A stretch of 64,000 nt of DNA from Chloroflexota bacterium (lineage in GTDB: Bacteria; Chloroflexota; Limnocylindria; Limnocylindrales; CSP1-4). A program made the position numbers and the translations under genes. The stretch's first letter is position 1; each line of letters begins with the position of its first letter. Location of the stretch: contig PMKN01000014.1 of NCBI GenBank assembly GCA_003158675.1, forward strand, positions 7,843 through 71,842. Reading direction: 5' to 3'. The notes below the pieces were generated by a model. That model made no database searches and was not told the origin of the DNA. It was given only the letters and a program-made list of their open reading frames with translations. Positions 15,837 to 24,723 of this stretch are shown in pieces.

Positions 15837-16904
15837 GTGGCGTTGCACGCTCCCGAAGGGCCCGACTCATACCCCGCCGAGGTTCGGCACCGCATCCGGT
15901 CCGACGTCCGCGGCGACTACATCGCCACAGCGCGCGCGCTCAACGCAAGCGGCGTGGAGGTCGTCTCGATCCAGCACGAGTACGGCATCTGGGGCGGAGA
16001 GGCCGGATCGTATGTCCTCGACTTCGTCCGCGAACTGCGCATGCCGTTCGTGGCCACCCTCCACACCGTCCTCCGAAATCCCAAGTTCGTGCAGAGGTCT
16101 GTTCTCGCCGAGCTCGTGGACGCGTCCGCGGCGAGCGTGGTCATGTCCACGGCCGCGGCCTCGCTCCTGACCAGGGCCTACAACGTGGATCCGGCGCGCC
16201 TGGAGATCGTTCCTCATGGCGTCCCGCCACTGCCTCTCGTAGCGCCAGACCTGGTCAAGCCGCGTCTCGGCCTGGATCGAGATCCGGTCATCCTCAGCTT
16301 CGGCTTGCTGGGACCGGGAAAGGGCTACGAATCGGCAATCGAGGCCATGCCCGCGGTCGTCGCCGAGTTCCCCACCGCACGCTACATGGTGCTCGGGGCC
16401 ACGCACCCGGATTTGCTCCGGCGGGAGGGTGAGGCGTATCGACGCCGCCTGGAGGATCTGGCCGGGACCATTGGCGTGGCCGGGCACGTTTGTTTCGTAG
16501 ACCGATTCGTCGACAAGGATGAGTTGAACGCGTGGCTCGAGGCGGCCGATGTCTTTGTAACGCCGTACCCCAACCTCGACCAGATCGTCTCCGGAACGCT
16601 CTCCTATGCGATGGGGGCGGGCAAGGCGATAGTGTCGACGCCGTACGCCTACGCTGCCGAGATGCTCGGCGATGGTCGCGGCCGGCTCGTAGAGCCGGGC
16701 TCGCCCGCCGCCCTGGCAGACGCCTTCATCGAACTGCTCAGAGACGGCGATCTGAGGGCGAAGCTGGGCCGGCGTGCCTATCGTCATAGCCGGTCGATGC
16801 TGTGGCCAGAAGTCGGCAGCCGCTACCGTGCCATATTCGCCAGAGTCGCTGCTGCCGGCGCTCCCGCCGCGAGGGTACGTCCGGTGTGGGCGGCCCGTGT
16901 CTGA
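15837..16904 (+). CDS. GT4 (group 1) glycosyltransferase; homologous region extends upstream to about 15735 with no canonical start
   Basis: GT-B C-domain blocks ADVFVTPYPNLDQIVSGTLSYAMGAGKAIVSTP. The first canonical start is GTG 15837. However, the in-frame upstream codons read IIPRAAFVSTYPPRRCGIATFTHDLATAVGDREI, a typical GT4 N-terminus. Confidence 0.85.
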   Translation: MALHAPEGPDSYPAEVRHRIRSDVRGDYIATARALNASGVEVVSIQHEYGIWGGEAGSYVLDFVRELRMPFVATLHTVLRNPKFVQRSVLAELVDASAASVVMSTAAASLLTRAYNVDPARLEIVPHGVPPLPLVAPDLVKPRLGLDRDPVILSFGLLGPGKGYESAIEAMPAVVAEFPTARYMVLGATHPDLLRREGEAYRRRLEDLAGTIGVAGHVCFVDRFVDKDELNAWLEAADVFVTPYPNLDQIVSGTLSYAMGAGKAIVSTPYAYAAEMLGDGRGRLVEPGSPAALADAFIELLRDGDLRAKLGRRAYRHSRSMLWPEVGSRYRAIFARVAAAGAPAARVRPVWAARV

Positions 16905-18000
16905 TTGGCCGCTCTACCCGGTCTGCCGGGCCCACCTCGACGAGCTGAGCGACGAGTTGGGTGTCTGGCAGCACGCGACGGGGACGCTGCCCAATAGGCT
17001 CTTCGGCTACTGCACCGACGACGTCGCTCGCGCTCTTGAAGTGGACCTTCTCCACGCGCGTTCGTTGGGCTGGAAGACCGTTGAAGCCACCGCATGGCGG
17101 TCGATGGCATTCCTGCGCGACGCATTCAACGCGCCCAAAGGCCGCTTTCGAAACTTCCGGTCTGCCGATGGCGAATGGCTCGAGGAATTCGGCTCGGAGG
17201 ATTGCCAGGGACGTGCGCTCGCCGCGCTGGGCGCGGTGGCCACGGATGCTCCGGATCCCCGACTCGCCGTCGCCGCCGCTGGGCTCTTCGAACAAGCTTT
17301 GCCGGCAGCTCGCTCTCTAAAGGGCTTGCGACCGGTCGCGGCGGCCCTGCTGGGCTGCGACTCGGCCCTGGAAGGGGGAGCGAACGACGCGGTTCGAGGG
17401 GCCTTCGATACCCTCGCCGCCCGGCTCACGAGCGCCTTCTCCGATCTGCCGGTCGACTGGCCATGGCCCGAACCTGTCGTGACCTACGAGAACGCCCTGC
17501 TGCCGCGAGCGTTGATCGCGGTAAGCCGCCGGCTCGAGGACGAAGCCATGCTCAGAATCGCGCGCCGCGTTCTCGACTGGCTGGCGGCCGCGCAAACCAG
17601 CCATTCCGGCGCCCTCTCGCTGGTTGGCAACGAGCATTGGTGGCCGCGTGGCAAGTCGCCATCGCGATTCGACCAGCAACCGATCGATGCCGCGTCGCTG
17701 CTTCTGGCTGCCGAAGCTGCGTTCGATGCTACGGCTGAGCAGAGCTATCGCGACCTGGCCGAGATCGCGTACGGCTGGTTCCTCGGCGGCAATGACGTGA
17801 GCGTGGCGCTCGCAACTCCCGAAAGCGGCGGCTGCCACGATGGACTCACTCCTCGCGGCGTGAACCTGAACCAGGGGGCCGAATCGACGATCATGTGGCT
17901 GACCGCGCTCGAGCACATGCGCCGCATGCGGGACGCCAGCCCGTCGCGGCAACCCGCTTCCCAAGGCCTGACTTCTTCCGCATCGCAGGTAGTCACATGA
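16897..18000 (+). CDS. Conserved hypothetical protein, helix-rich, between GT4 and GH130
   Basis: Frame of track ORF 16774..18000. GTG 16897 overlaps the GT4 stop (GTGTCTGA). Non-junk composition (GYCTDDVARALEVDLL, NEHWWPRG, GGCHDGLTPRGVNLNQGAEST). I do not recognise the family. Confidence 0.6.
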   Translation: MSDWPLYPVCRAHLDELSDELGVWQHATGTLPNRLFGYCTDDVARALEVDLLHARSLGWKTVEATAWRSMAFLRDAFNAPKGRFRNFRSADGEWLEEFGSEDCQGRALAALGAVATDAPDPRLAVAAAGLFEQALPAARSLKGLRPVAAALLGCDSALEGGANDAVRGAFDTLAARLTSAFSDLPVDWPWPEPVVTYENALLPRALIAVSRRLEDEAMLRIARRVLDWLAAAQTSHSGALSLVGNEHWWPRGKSPSRFDQQPIDAASLLLAAEAAFDATAEQSYRDLAEIAYGWFLGGNDVSVALATPESGGCHDGLTPRGVNLNQGAESTIMWLTALEHMRRMRDASPSRQPASQGLTSSASQVVT

Positions 18001-18986
18001 CCAATCCGGGCGGCGAGCCGCTCTTCGTCCGCGTTCCGACGAATCCGATAATCACCCCGAGTGACGTGCCCTACCCTGCCAATGCCGTCTTCAACCCCGG
18101 CGCGGCCCAGGTCGACGGGGATACGGTCCTGCTCATGCGCGTCGAGGATCTGAGGGGCATCTCGTCGCTCTACGTGGCCAGAAGCCACGACGGGATCTCG
18201 AACTGGCGCTTCGACGAGAAGCCGTTGCTGACGCCCAATCATGCTCGTCCCGAGGAGGTCTGGGGTTGCGAGGATCCCCGCCTGACGTGGCTGCCAGAGC
18301 GCGAGGAATGGGCGATCACCTACACGGCATACAGCGACCGCGGCCCCCTCGTGTCGCTGGCCATGACCCGCGACTTCCGAGATGTGGTCCGACTTGGCCC
18401 GGTGATGCCTCCGGACGACAAGGACGCAGCGCTGCTGCCGTCCAGGATCGACGGCCGCTGGGCGATGCTCCACCGCCCGGCACCGATCCGCGGCGGAGCC
18501 CACATCTGGATCTCGTTCTCGCCCGATCTGCGCCATTGGGGCGACCACACTCTGGTTATCGAGGCCCGCGACGGGGCCTGGTGGGACGCGGGCAAGATCG
18601 GCCTTGGGCCGCCGCCGGTGGCTGTCCCTGGCGGCTGGTTGGTCATGTACCACGGGGCCCACACTACCGCCTCGGGGCCGATCTACCGCGTCGGGCTGGC
18701 CCTGCTGGATCGCGACGATCCCACCGTGGTGTTGCGCCGTTCCGACGAATGGGTCCTGGGTCCGGCTGCCACGTACGAGCGCATCGGGGATGTGAGCAAG
18801 GTCGTCTTCCCGAACGGCTGGATCGTCGACGCGGAGCGCGATCTGGTGATGCTCTACTACGGGGCCGCAGACTCGGTCGTTGCCCTCGCCACCGCGCGGC
18901 TGAGCGACGTGCTCGCGAGCGTGAACGCGATGCCCCAGCCCATGCACCGCCGCGCCACGGACGTCAACCGAGTCGGCTGGAGCTGA
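17997..18986 (+). CDS. GH130-family glycosidase/beta-mannoside phosphorylase-like protein (PH1107-related, DUF377)
   Basis: Frame of track ORF 17895..18986. ATG 17997 overlaps the preceding stop (ATGA). Blocks NAVFNPGAA, LLMRVED, WGCEDPRLTW, AITYTAYS, DKDAALLP, WDAGKIG, VMYHG and YRVGLALLD are typical of GH130. Confidence 0.85.
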   Translation: MTNPGGEPLFVRVPTNPIITPSDVPYPANAVFNPGAAQVDGDTVLLMRVEDLRGISSLYVARSHDGISNWRFDEKPLLTPNHARPEEVWGCEDPRLTWLPEREEWAITYTAYSDRGPLVSLAMTRDFRDVVRLGPVMPPDDKDAALLPSRIDGRWAMLHRPAPIRGGAHIWISFSPDLRHWGDHTLVIEARDGAWWDAGKIGLGPPPVAVPGGWLVMYHGAHTTASGPIYRVGLALLDRDDPTVVLRRSDEWVLGPAATYERIGDVSKVVFPNGWIVDAERDLVMLYYGAADSVVALATARLSDVLASVNAMPQPMHRRATDVNRVGWS

Positions 18987-19030
18987 TCCGCGCGCTGCGA
19001 GGCGCCCCGCGGTAGGATGCACCTGAGCCG

Positions 19031-19056
19031 GAACCGACCGACCGGTCGGTCGGTTC
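19031..19056. promoter_or_regulatory. Perfect 26-bp palindrome, candidate TetR operator upstream of tetR-men operon
   Basis: GAACCGACCGACC|GGTCGGTCGGTTC is exactly self-complementary over 13+13 bp. It lies 38 nt upstream of the tetR GTG (19094) and 45 nt after the GH130 stop. Confidence 0.5.
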
Positions 19057-19093
19057 GCGAGAAGACCTTCCGGCGCCACGGGCAGGAGACAAG

Positions 19094-19762
19094 GTGACAC
19101 GACGCGAGCGCCAGCAGCCTACGGACCATGGCCTGGCCAGCCGCGAGACGATCCTCGACGGAGCTTTCCAGGCCTTCACGCAGGGTGGCTACCGCGACAC
19201 CGCCATCGACGACATTGCGGCCGCGGCCGAGGTATCGAAAGGCGGCATCTACTTCCACTTCCCGACGAAGGAGTCGATCTTTCGCGAACTGATGCGGACG
19301 ACCGCGGACAAGCTGGTCGGGAAGGTCGAGGCGGCCGTCGCGGCCGAATCGGATCCGATCCGCAAAGCCGAGGTGGCGCTCCGAACCGTGCTCGAGGTAT
19401 TCGCCGGTCATCGGACTATGGCCCGCCTGTTCTTCGAGGCCGGTGGCGGAGGGAGAGGCTTCCAGGCCGAGCTCAACGCCATGCACGATCGATTCGCCCG
19501 TCTGATCCAGTCCTACCTGGACGAGGCCGTAGGGTCGGGTGCGATCCCGCCGATCGACACTCGATTGACTAGCGTCGTCTGGTTCGGGGCACTGGACGAG
19601 GTGGTAGCGCGGTGGTTGCAGGCGGAGAAGCCGGGTCGCCTGGAGGCCGCGTATCCGGTCCTGCGGGCCCTCTTGCTGCGCAGCGTCGGCGTGGCCGAGG
19701 AGACCATCGCGGCCGGGCCGGCGATGGAATCGCTGGATGCCTTCCCGGAGGCGCGCCAGTGA
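19094..19762 (+). CDS. TetR/AcrR-family transcriptional regulator
   Basis: HTH block ILDGAFQAFTQGGYRDTAIDDIAAAAEVSKGGIYFHFPTKESIF. The GTG start has GGAGA upstream. Confidence 0.9.
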   Translation: MTRRERQQPTDHGLASRETILDGAFQAFTQGGYRDTAIDDIAAAAEVSKGGIYFHFPTKESIFRELMRTTADKLVGKVEAAVAAESDPIRKAEVALRTVLEVFAGHRTMARLFFEAGGGGRGFQAELNAMHDRFARLIQSYLDEAVGSGAIPPIDTRLTSVVWFGALDEVVARWLQAEKPGRLEAAYPVLRALLLRSVGVAEETIAAGPAMESLDAFPEARQ

Positions 19763-21237
19763 CGGTCGCGGGGCGTACTCGCCGGAAAGACGCCGAGGCC
19801 AGGCGCGGCGAGGGGCTTGCGGCCGCCGTCACGGACCTGTTGGGCGGCCGCGTGGCGGTGCCCGCGGCGGGTCCCGCGCCGGGGTTGGTCGCCGCGAGCG
19901 TGCCTATCGAGCCCTTCGACGCGGTCGCTCTCTATGCCGCTGCCGTCGAGGCGGGCTACGAGGCGGTGCTCTGGCTCCAGCCGAGTGAGGAGTTCGCGCT
20001 CGTCGGCATCGGCCGGGCATGGGCGGTCGAACCGTCCGGCCAGGAACGCTTCCGCGCCGCCGAAGCGAGCTGGCGCTCGCTCATGGAGGGCGCGCGGTTC
20101 GGCCGCTTGGCGGCAGCACGAGGTTTGGGCCCGGTCGTGATCGGTGGTCTGGGCTTCAGCGGCCGAGTGCCCGGCGGCGACGACGTGTGGCAACCGTTCG
20201 GGGCCGCCGCGCTGGTCCTACCCTCGCTCGTCGCGCTCGGGTCCGCGAGCGGCAGCTGGGTTACCGGTTCGATCGCCGGGCCGGGCGACGCCTGTGCGCA
20301 AGCCGATGCTCTCGAAGGAATCTGGGCGCGGCTTTCGGCTCGGGCCGACCGGCTCGCGCCGGCGGGCGGCGAAGGCGCCGGCGAGGTGCCTCGAGCGCAT
20401 CTGGAGATCGTGCACGAGTGGCCCACTTCCCCGCACTGGCGGCATCTCGTGGGCCTGATGGCGGGGGCAGTGGGTCGCGGCCGCCTCGACAAGGTGGTGT
20501 TCGCCCGCCGGGTCGACCTCGTCTCGTCGGTCGATCTGGAGGTCGCCGGCGCCCTGCGCCTGCTGGCCGCGAGTGCACCTGAGAGCGCCGTCTTCGCCTT
20601 TCGCAGAGGAGACAGCACGTTCCTGGGCGCCACGCCGGAGCGGCTCGTTCGCACGGCAGGCCGGAGCTACAGCACGGCGGCGGTTGCGGGCTCGATCAGG
20701 CGGGGGGCCGACGAAGCCGAAGACGCGGCGCTGCGGGCCGAGTTGCTCGCCTCCGAGAAGGAGCGTGAAGAGCATGCCGTGGTCGTCCGGACCATTCGCC
20801 GCCAGCTCGAACCCATTTCCGAGACGATCGAAGTCGCGGCCCAGCCGAGCGTGCTAGTGCTCTGCCACGTGCAACATCTTGCGACCGCGGTCGAGGGAAC
20901 GGTGCGAGGCGACGAGGGGTTGCTGGCCCTGGCGGACCGGCTGCATCCCACTCCGGCGGTGGGCGGAGAGCCACGGCACCTCGCCCTGGCCATGATCGAC
21001 GAGCACGAGGGCTTCGATCGCGGCTGGTACACCGGTCCGGTGGGCTGGCTTGGCCCCGATGGCGACGGCGAGCTGATGGTGGCACTCCGGTGCGGGCTGG
21101 TTTCGGGTGGCCGCGCCTCGCTGTTTGCGGGTTGCGGGATCGTGGCCGATTCGGACCCGGATCGGGAGTGGGAGGAATCGCGGATCAAGATGCGCGCGGT
21201 TGCGGCGGCGCTGGGTCGACCAGGGGACGAACCGTGA
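19759..21237 (+). CDS. menF: Isochorismate synthase
   Basis: Frame of track ORF 19612..21237. GTG 19759 overlaps the tetR stop (GTGA). Chorismate-binding blocks FLGATPERL, IAGS..RG, KEREEHAVVV, LHPTPAVGG, GWYTGPVGW and GCGIVADSDPDREWEE. Confidence 0.85.
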   Translation: MTVAGRTRRKDAEARRGEGLAAAVTDLLGGRVAVPAAGPAPGLVAASVPIEPFDAVALYAAAVEAGYEAVLWLQPSEEFALVGIGRAWAVEPSGQERFRAAEASWRSLMEGARFGRLAAARGLGPVVIGGLGFSGRVPGGDDVWQPFGAAALVLPSLVALGSASGSWVTGSIAGPGDACAQADALEGIWARLSARADRLAPAGGEGAGEVPRAHLEIVHEWPTSPHWRHLVGLMAGAVGRGRLDKVVFARRVDLVSSVDLEVAGALRLLAASAPESAVFAFRRGDSTFLGATPERLVRTAGRSYSTAAVAGSIRRGADEAEDAALRAELLASEKEREEHAVVVRTIRRQLEPISETIEVAAQPSVLVLCHVQHLATAVEGTVRGDEGLLALADRLHPTPAVGGEPRHLALAMIDEHEGFDRGWYTGPVGWLGPDGDGELMVALRCGLVSGGRASLFAGCGIVADSDPDREWEESRIKMRAVAAALGRPGDEP

Positions 21238-23075
21238 GCGGCGGCGGACCCAGCCAGCTGCGGGCTTTCGTCGACGAGCTGGCCCGCGCCGGCGTTCGGC
21301 ATGCCGTGGTGTGTCCGGGCTCTCGCTCAACTCCGGTGGCGCTGGCGCTGCGGGCCCATGACCGGATCGCCGTCCGGGTGCTGATCGATGAACGCTCGGC
21401 CGCGTTCTTCGCTCTGGGCATCGCACGAACCACGAGGCAAGCGGTCGTGCTGCTCGGGACCTCCGGCACCGCTGCCGTCAACTTCGCGCCGGCGGTCGTC
21501 GAGGCGTCGCTCGGCCGGGTACCGCTGGTCGTGCTCACCGCGGACCGGCCTCCCGAGCTGCGGGATCGCGGCGCGCCCCAGACGATCGACCAGTTGCACC
21601 TCTACGGCAGCCACGCCAAGTGGTTCGTCGATCTCGCCTTGATGGACGAGGCGCCGGACACGATGGCCCACGTCAGATCCACGGCGGGCCGAGCCGTCGC
21701 CACGGCAGTTGAGGGCCCGGCGGGGCCGGTCCACGTCAACCTGCCTGTGCGCGATCCGCTCATCCCCACCGAGGAACTCGGGTCAATCGCAGGTTCGGCA
21801 GATAGGCGAGGGAACCCGGCGGAGGCGCCGTTCACGGCAGTGCACATCGGACAGCGGACGCTGTCCTCCGTCCAGGTCGATGCCATCGCGCATAGGCTGG
21901 CCGCGACGAAGTTCGGGCTGATCGTGGCCGGACCGATGGACGAACCCGAGGCTCACGAGCCGATCGCTCGCCTGGCCGCGGCGACCGGATTCCCGATCCT
22001 CGCCGACCCGCTCTCGGGTCTGCGTTGCGGCCCGCACGACCGATCGCTCGTCCTCGCTCATGCCGACCACATCGTCAGGTTTGGTCCGTGGATCGAGGCG
22101 CACGCGCCGGAGGTCGTCATCCGATTCGGGGCGATGCCTACGTCGAAACCCGTCACGGAATTGATCAAGTCGGCCCGGCCGCAGCTCTTCGTCCTCGACG
22201 GCGAGGGTGGTTGGCGGGACGCGACCCTGGTCCCGGCCACTTTCGTCCACGCGGATGCGGCTTCGGCGGCGGAGGCGCTGACAGGCACGCTGATTGGGCG
22301 TTCGGCGGGTTCGCCGAGGGTGGGCCACCTGGCTCCGCTCTCCCCTGGCTGGGCTCGCGACTGGCTCCAGGCCGAAGCTGCCGCCGGCCGTGCTCTCGAC
22401 CTCTGGCTGCGGGGCCTCGAGGAGCCATTCGAGGGCTCGCCATTCAAGGCCCTGGGCGAGCTCCTGCCGGAGGGAGCACTGTTGTGGGCCGGGAATTCGA
22501 TGCCGGTCCGCGACCTGGACGCCTGGCTGCCACTGGGCGATCGGGCCGTCCGGGTGCTCGGCAATCGGGGCGCCAACGGGATCGACGGCGTGACTTCGAC
22601 GGCGCTCGGCTCGGCCGCCGCGGCCCAGGGTCCGGTCGCGCTCGTGGTCGGTGATCTGTCGTTCCTGCACGATTTGAGCGCGCTGGTCACGGCCAGGATC
22701 CACGATCTGAATCTGCTGGTCATCCTGGTGAACAACGACGGCGGCGGGATCTTCTCACTGCTGCCGCAGGCTCGATTGGCGGCGCCCGCCGCGGGCCTGC
22801 CGGCGCACTTCGAGGAACTGTTCGGGACGCCCCACGGGATCGATCTACGAAGGGTCGTCGAGGGGTTCGGTTTCGAGTTCCGCGCCGCCGGGGAGGCCGG
22901 CTACGGTGATCTGCGGGCGGTCGTCGAAGCGGAGCTGGGCCGGCCGGGGCTGCGAGTCGTCGAGCTGCGGACGGATCGGACGCGCAATGCGCAGCTCCAC
23001 GAGGCCGCCGCCGCCGCCGTGGCGTTGGCCCTCACTTCGGGTTTGGGCCGCCCGGCCGGAGAGCGGCCCGAATGA
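21234..23075 (+). CDS. menD: 2-succinyl-5-enolpyruvyl-6-hydroxy-3-cyclohexene-1-carboxylate (SEPHCHC) synthase, ThDP-dependent
   Basis: Frame of track ORF 21090..23075. GTG 21234 overlaps the menF stop. Blocks FVDELARAGVRHAVVCPGSRSTP, GTSGTAAVNFAPAVVEA, VLTADRPPELR and the ThDP motif GDLSFLHD...NNDGGGIF. Confidence 0.9.
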   Translation: MSGGGPSQLRAFVDELARAGVRHAVVCPGSRSTPVALALRAHDRIAVRVLIDERSAAFFALGIARTTRQAVVLLGTSGTAAVNFAPAVVEASLGRVPLVVLTADRPPELRDRGAPQTIDQLHLYGSHAKWFVDLALMDEAPDTMAHVRSTAGRAVATAVEGPAGPVHVNLPVRDPLIPTEELGSIAGSADRRGNPAEAPFTAVHIGQRTLSSVQVDAIAHRLAATKFGLIVAGPMDEPEAHEPIARLAAATGFPILADPLSGLRCGPHDRSLVLAHADHIVRFGPWIEAHAPEVVIRFGAMPTSKPVTELIKSARPQLFVLDGEGGWRDATLVPATFVHADAASAAEALTGTLIGRSAGSPRVGHLAPLSPGWARDWLQAEAAAGRALDLWLRGLEEPFEGSPFKALGELLPEGALLWAGNSMPVRDLDAWLPLGDRAVRVLGNRGANGIDGVTSTALGSAAAAQGPVALVVGDLSFLHDLSALVTARIHDLNLLVILVNNDGGGIFSLLPQARLAAPAAGLPAHFEELFGTPHGIDLRRVVEGFGFEFRAAGEAGYGDLRAVVEAELGRPGLRVVELRTDRTRNAQLHEAAAAAVALALTSGLGRPAGERPE

Positions 23076-23893
23076 CCAGGATCCAAGTCAACGGCGTCGG
23101 GTACGAGGTCCGGACCGGCGGCAGGGGCGGCCCGCCCCTCCTGCTGATCCACGGCTTCACCGGCCGGGGTTCGGACTGGGCGCCATTCCTCCCGTCTCTC
23201 CGCCGGGTGACCACCACGATCAGCGTCGATCTCCTCGGCCACGGCCGCTCGGAATCGCCCCGGGATCCGGCCCGACACGCCGTCGAGCGCCAAGCTGAGG
23301 ACCTCGCAGCGATGCTGCGAGGGCTGGCGGCGGCGCCGGCAGATGTCGTCGGTTACTCGCTGGGCGCCCGAGTGGCGATCCGAATGGCCGTTGCCGCGCC
23401 TGATGTCGTCGGCAGGCTGATCCTTGAGAGCCCCTCGGCCGGCATCGCCGATCCCGCGGACCGCGCCGCCCGCCGCGCCGCCGACGAGCAGCTCGCGCAA
23501 CTCCTCGATCGCGAAGGGCTATCGGCGTTCGTGGACCGCTGGGAGAACCTGCCGCTCTTCGCCTCCGAAGGATCGCTTTCCGCCGGCGCGCGCGCCCGCC
23601 TCCACGCCGCGCGGCTGCGCAATCGCGCGCAAGGTCTCGCGGCGTCGCTGAGAGGTGCCGGGCAGGGCGCGATGGAGCCGCTCCACGACCGCCTCTCCAG
23701 CATCGCCGCGCCAACCCTGGTCATTGGCGGCTCGCTCGACGAGACCGGCTCGGATCGGGCCCGCAAGGTCGCCGCCGCCATTCCCGCCGCCGAGCTCGCC
23801 GTCGTGGCCGGCGTCGGCCACGCGCCGCACCGTGAGGCACCCGCCCGCCTGAGGCTGCTGTTCCTCGACTTCATCGAAAGGACCCCGAGATGA
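23072..23893 (+). CDS. menH: 2-succinyl-6-hydroxy-2,4-cyclohexadiene-1-carboxylate (SHCHC) synthase, alpha/beta hydrolase
   Basis: The ATG overlaps the menD stop (ATGA). LLLIHGFTG, nucleophile elbow [17 protein letters not shown] and GHAPHRE. The operon position also supports MenH. Confidence 0.75.
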   Translation: MTRIQVNGVGYEVRTGGRGGPPLLLIHGFTGRGSDWAPFLPSLRRVTTTISVDLLGHGRSESPRDPARHAVERQAEDLAAMLRGLAAAPADVVGYSLGARVAIRMAVAAPDVVGRLILESPSAGIADPADRAARRAADEQLAQLLDREGLSAFVDRWENLPLFASEGSLSAGARARLHAARLRNRAQGLAASLRGAGQGAMEPLHDRLSSIAAPTLVIGGSLDETGSDRARKVAAAIPAAELAVVAGVGHAPHREAPARLRLLFLDFIERTPR

Positions 23894-24723
23894 CGAACAC
23901 TGCGAAGGTCGCGTGGACGCCGGTCGCGGAGTACCGCGACATCCGTTACGAGCATTCGGGCACGGGCATCGCCCTGGTCACGATCGACCGCCCAGAGGTC
24001 CGCAACGCGTTTCGGCCGGAGACCGTGGCGGAGCTGATCGATGCCTTCCGCCGGGTTCGGGACGACGCGTCGATCGGCTGCGTTCTCCTGACTGGTGCGG
24101 GCGACAAGGCCTTCTGTTCGGGCGGGGATCTGCGGGTCAAGGGTCGCGGCGGGTACGTCGGCGACGATGGGCTCGCTCGCCTCAATGTCCTGGATCTGCA
24201 GCGCCAGATCCGGTCGCTGCCTGTGCCGGTGATCGCCCTGGTGAACGGCTTCGCCATCGGCGGCGGGCACGTCCTGCACATCGTGTGCGACCTCTCGCTC
24301 GCCTCGGACAATGCCGTCTTCGGTCAGGTCGGGCCCCAGGTCGGCAGTTTCGACGCCGGCTTCGGAATCGGGCTGCTGGCCCGGCTGGTGGGCGACAAGA
24401 AGGCCAAGGAGATCTGGTTTCTGTGCCGCCGCTACGACGCGAGTCAGGCGCTGCAGATGGGCCTCGTGAATGCCGTCGTGCCGCCAGAACGCCTGCTCGA
24501 CGAGGGCGTCGCCTGGGCCGAGGAGATCCTGGCGATGAGCCCCACGGCGGTCCGTTTCCTCAAGTCGGCCTTCCTGGTTGCTACCGACGGCCTGGCCGGG
24601 CTCCAGGAGTTCGCCGGCAATGCGACCGGCCTCTACTACACGACCGACGAAGCGCACGAGGGTTCGAAGGCGTTCCTGGAGAAGCGGAAGCCCGACTTCA
24701 AACGCTTCCCCAGGCGACCATAG
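23890..24723 (+). CDS. menB: 1,4-dihydroxy-2-naphthoyl-CoA synthase (crotonase fold)
   Basis: The ATG overlaps the menH stop (ATGA). DIRYE...[54 protein letters not shown] and [14 protein letters not shown] are strongly MenB-like. Confidence 0.92.
   Translation: MTNTAKVAWTPVAEYRDIRYEHSGTGIALVTIDRPEVRNAFRPETVAELIDAFRRVRDDASIGCVLLTGAGDKAFCSGGDLRVKGRGGYVGDDGLARLNVLDLQRQIRSLPVPVIALVNGFAIGGGHVLHIVCDLSLASDNAVFGQVGPQVGSFDAGFGIGLLARLVGDKKAKEIWFLCRRYDASQALQMGLVNAVVPPERLLDEGVAWAEEILAMSPTAVRFLKSAFLVATDGLAGLQEFAGNATGLYYTTDEAHEGSKAFLEKRKPDFKRFPRRP

Noticed and set aside
19031-19056. The 26-bp palindrome as an intrinsic terminator of the GH130 operon
   Set aside because: It has no loop and no downstream T-tract, and it sits at operator distance from the tetR start. 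I kept it as a regulatory candidate instead, though terminator function is not excluded.
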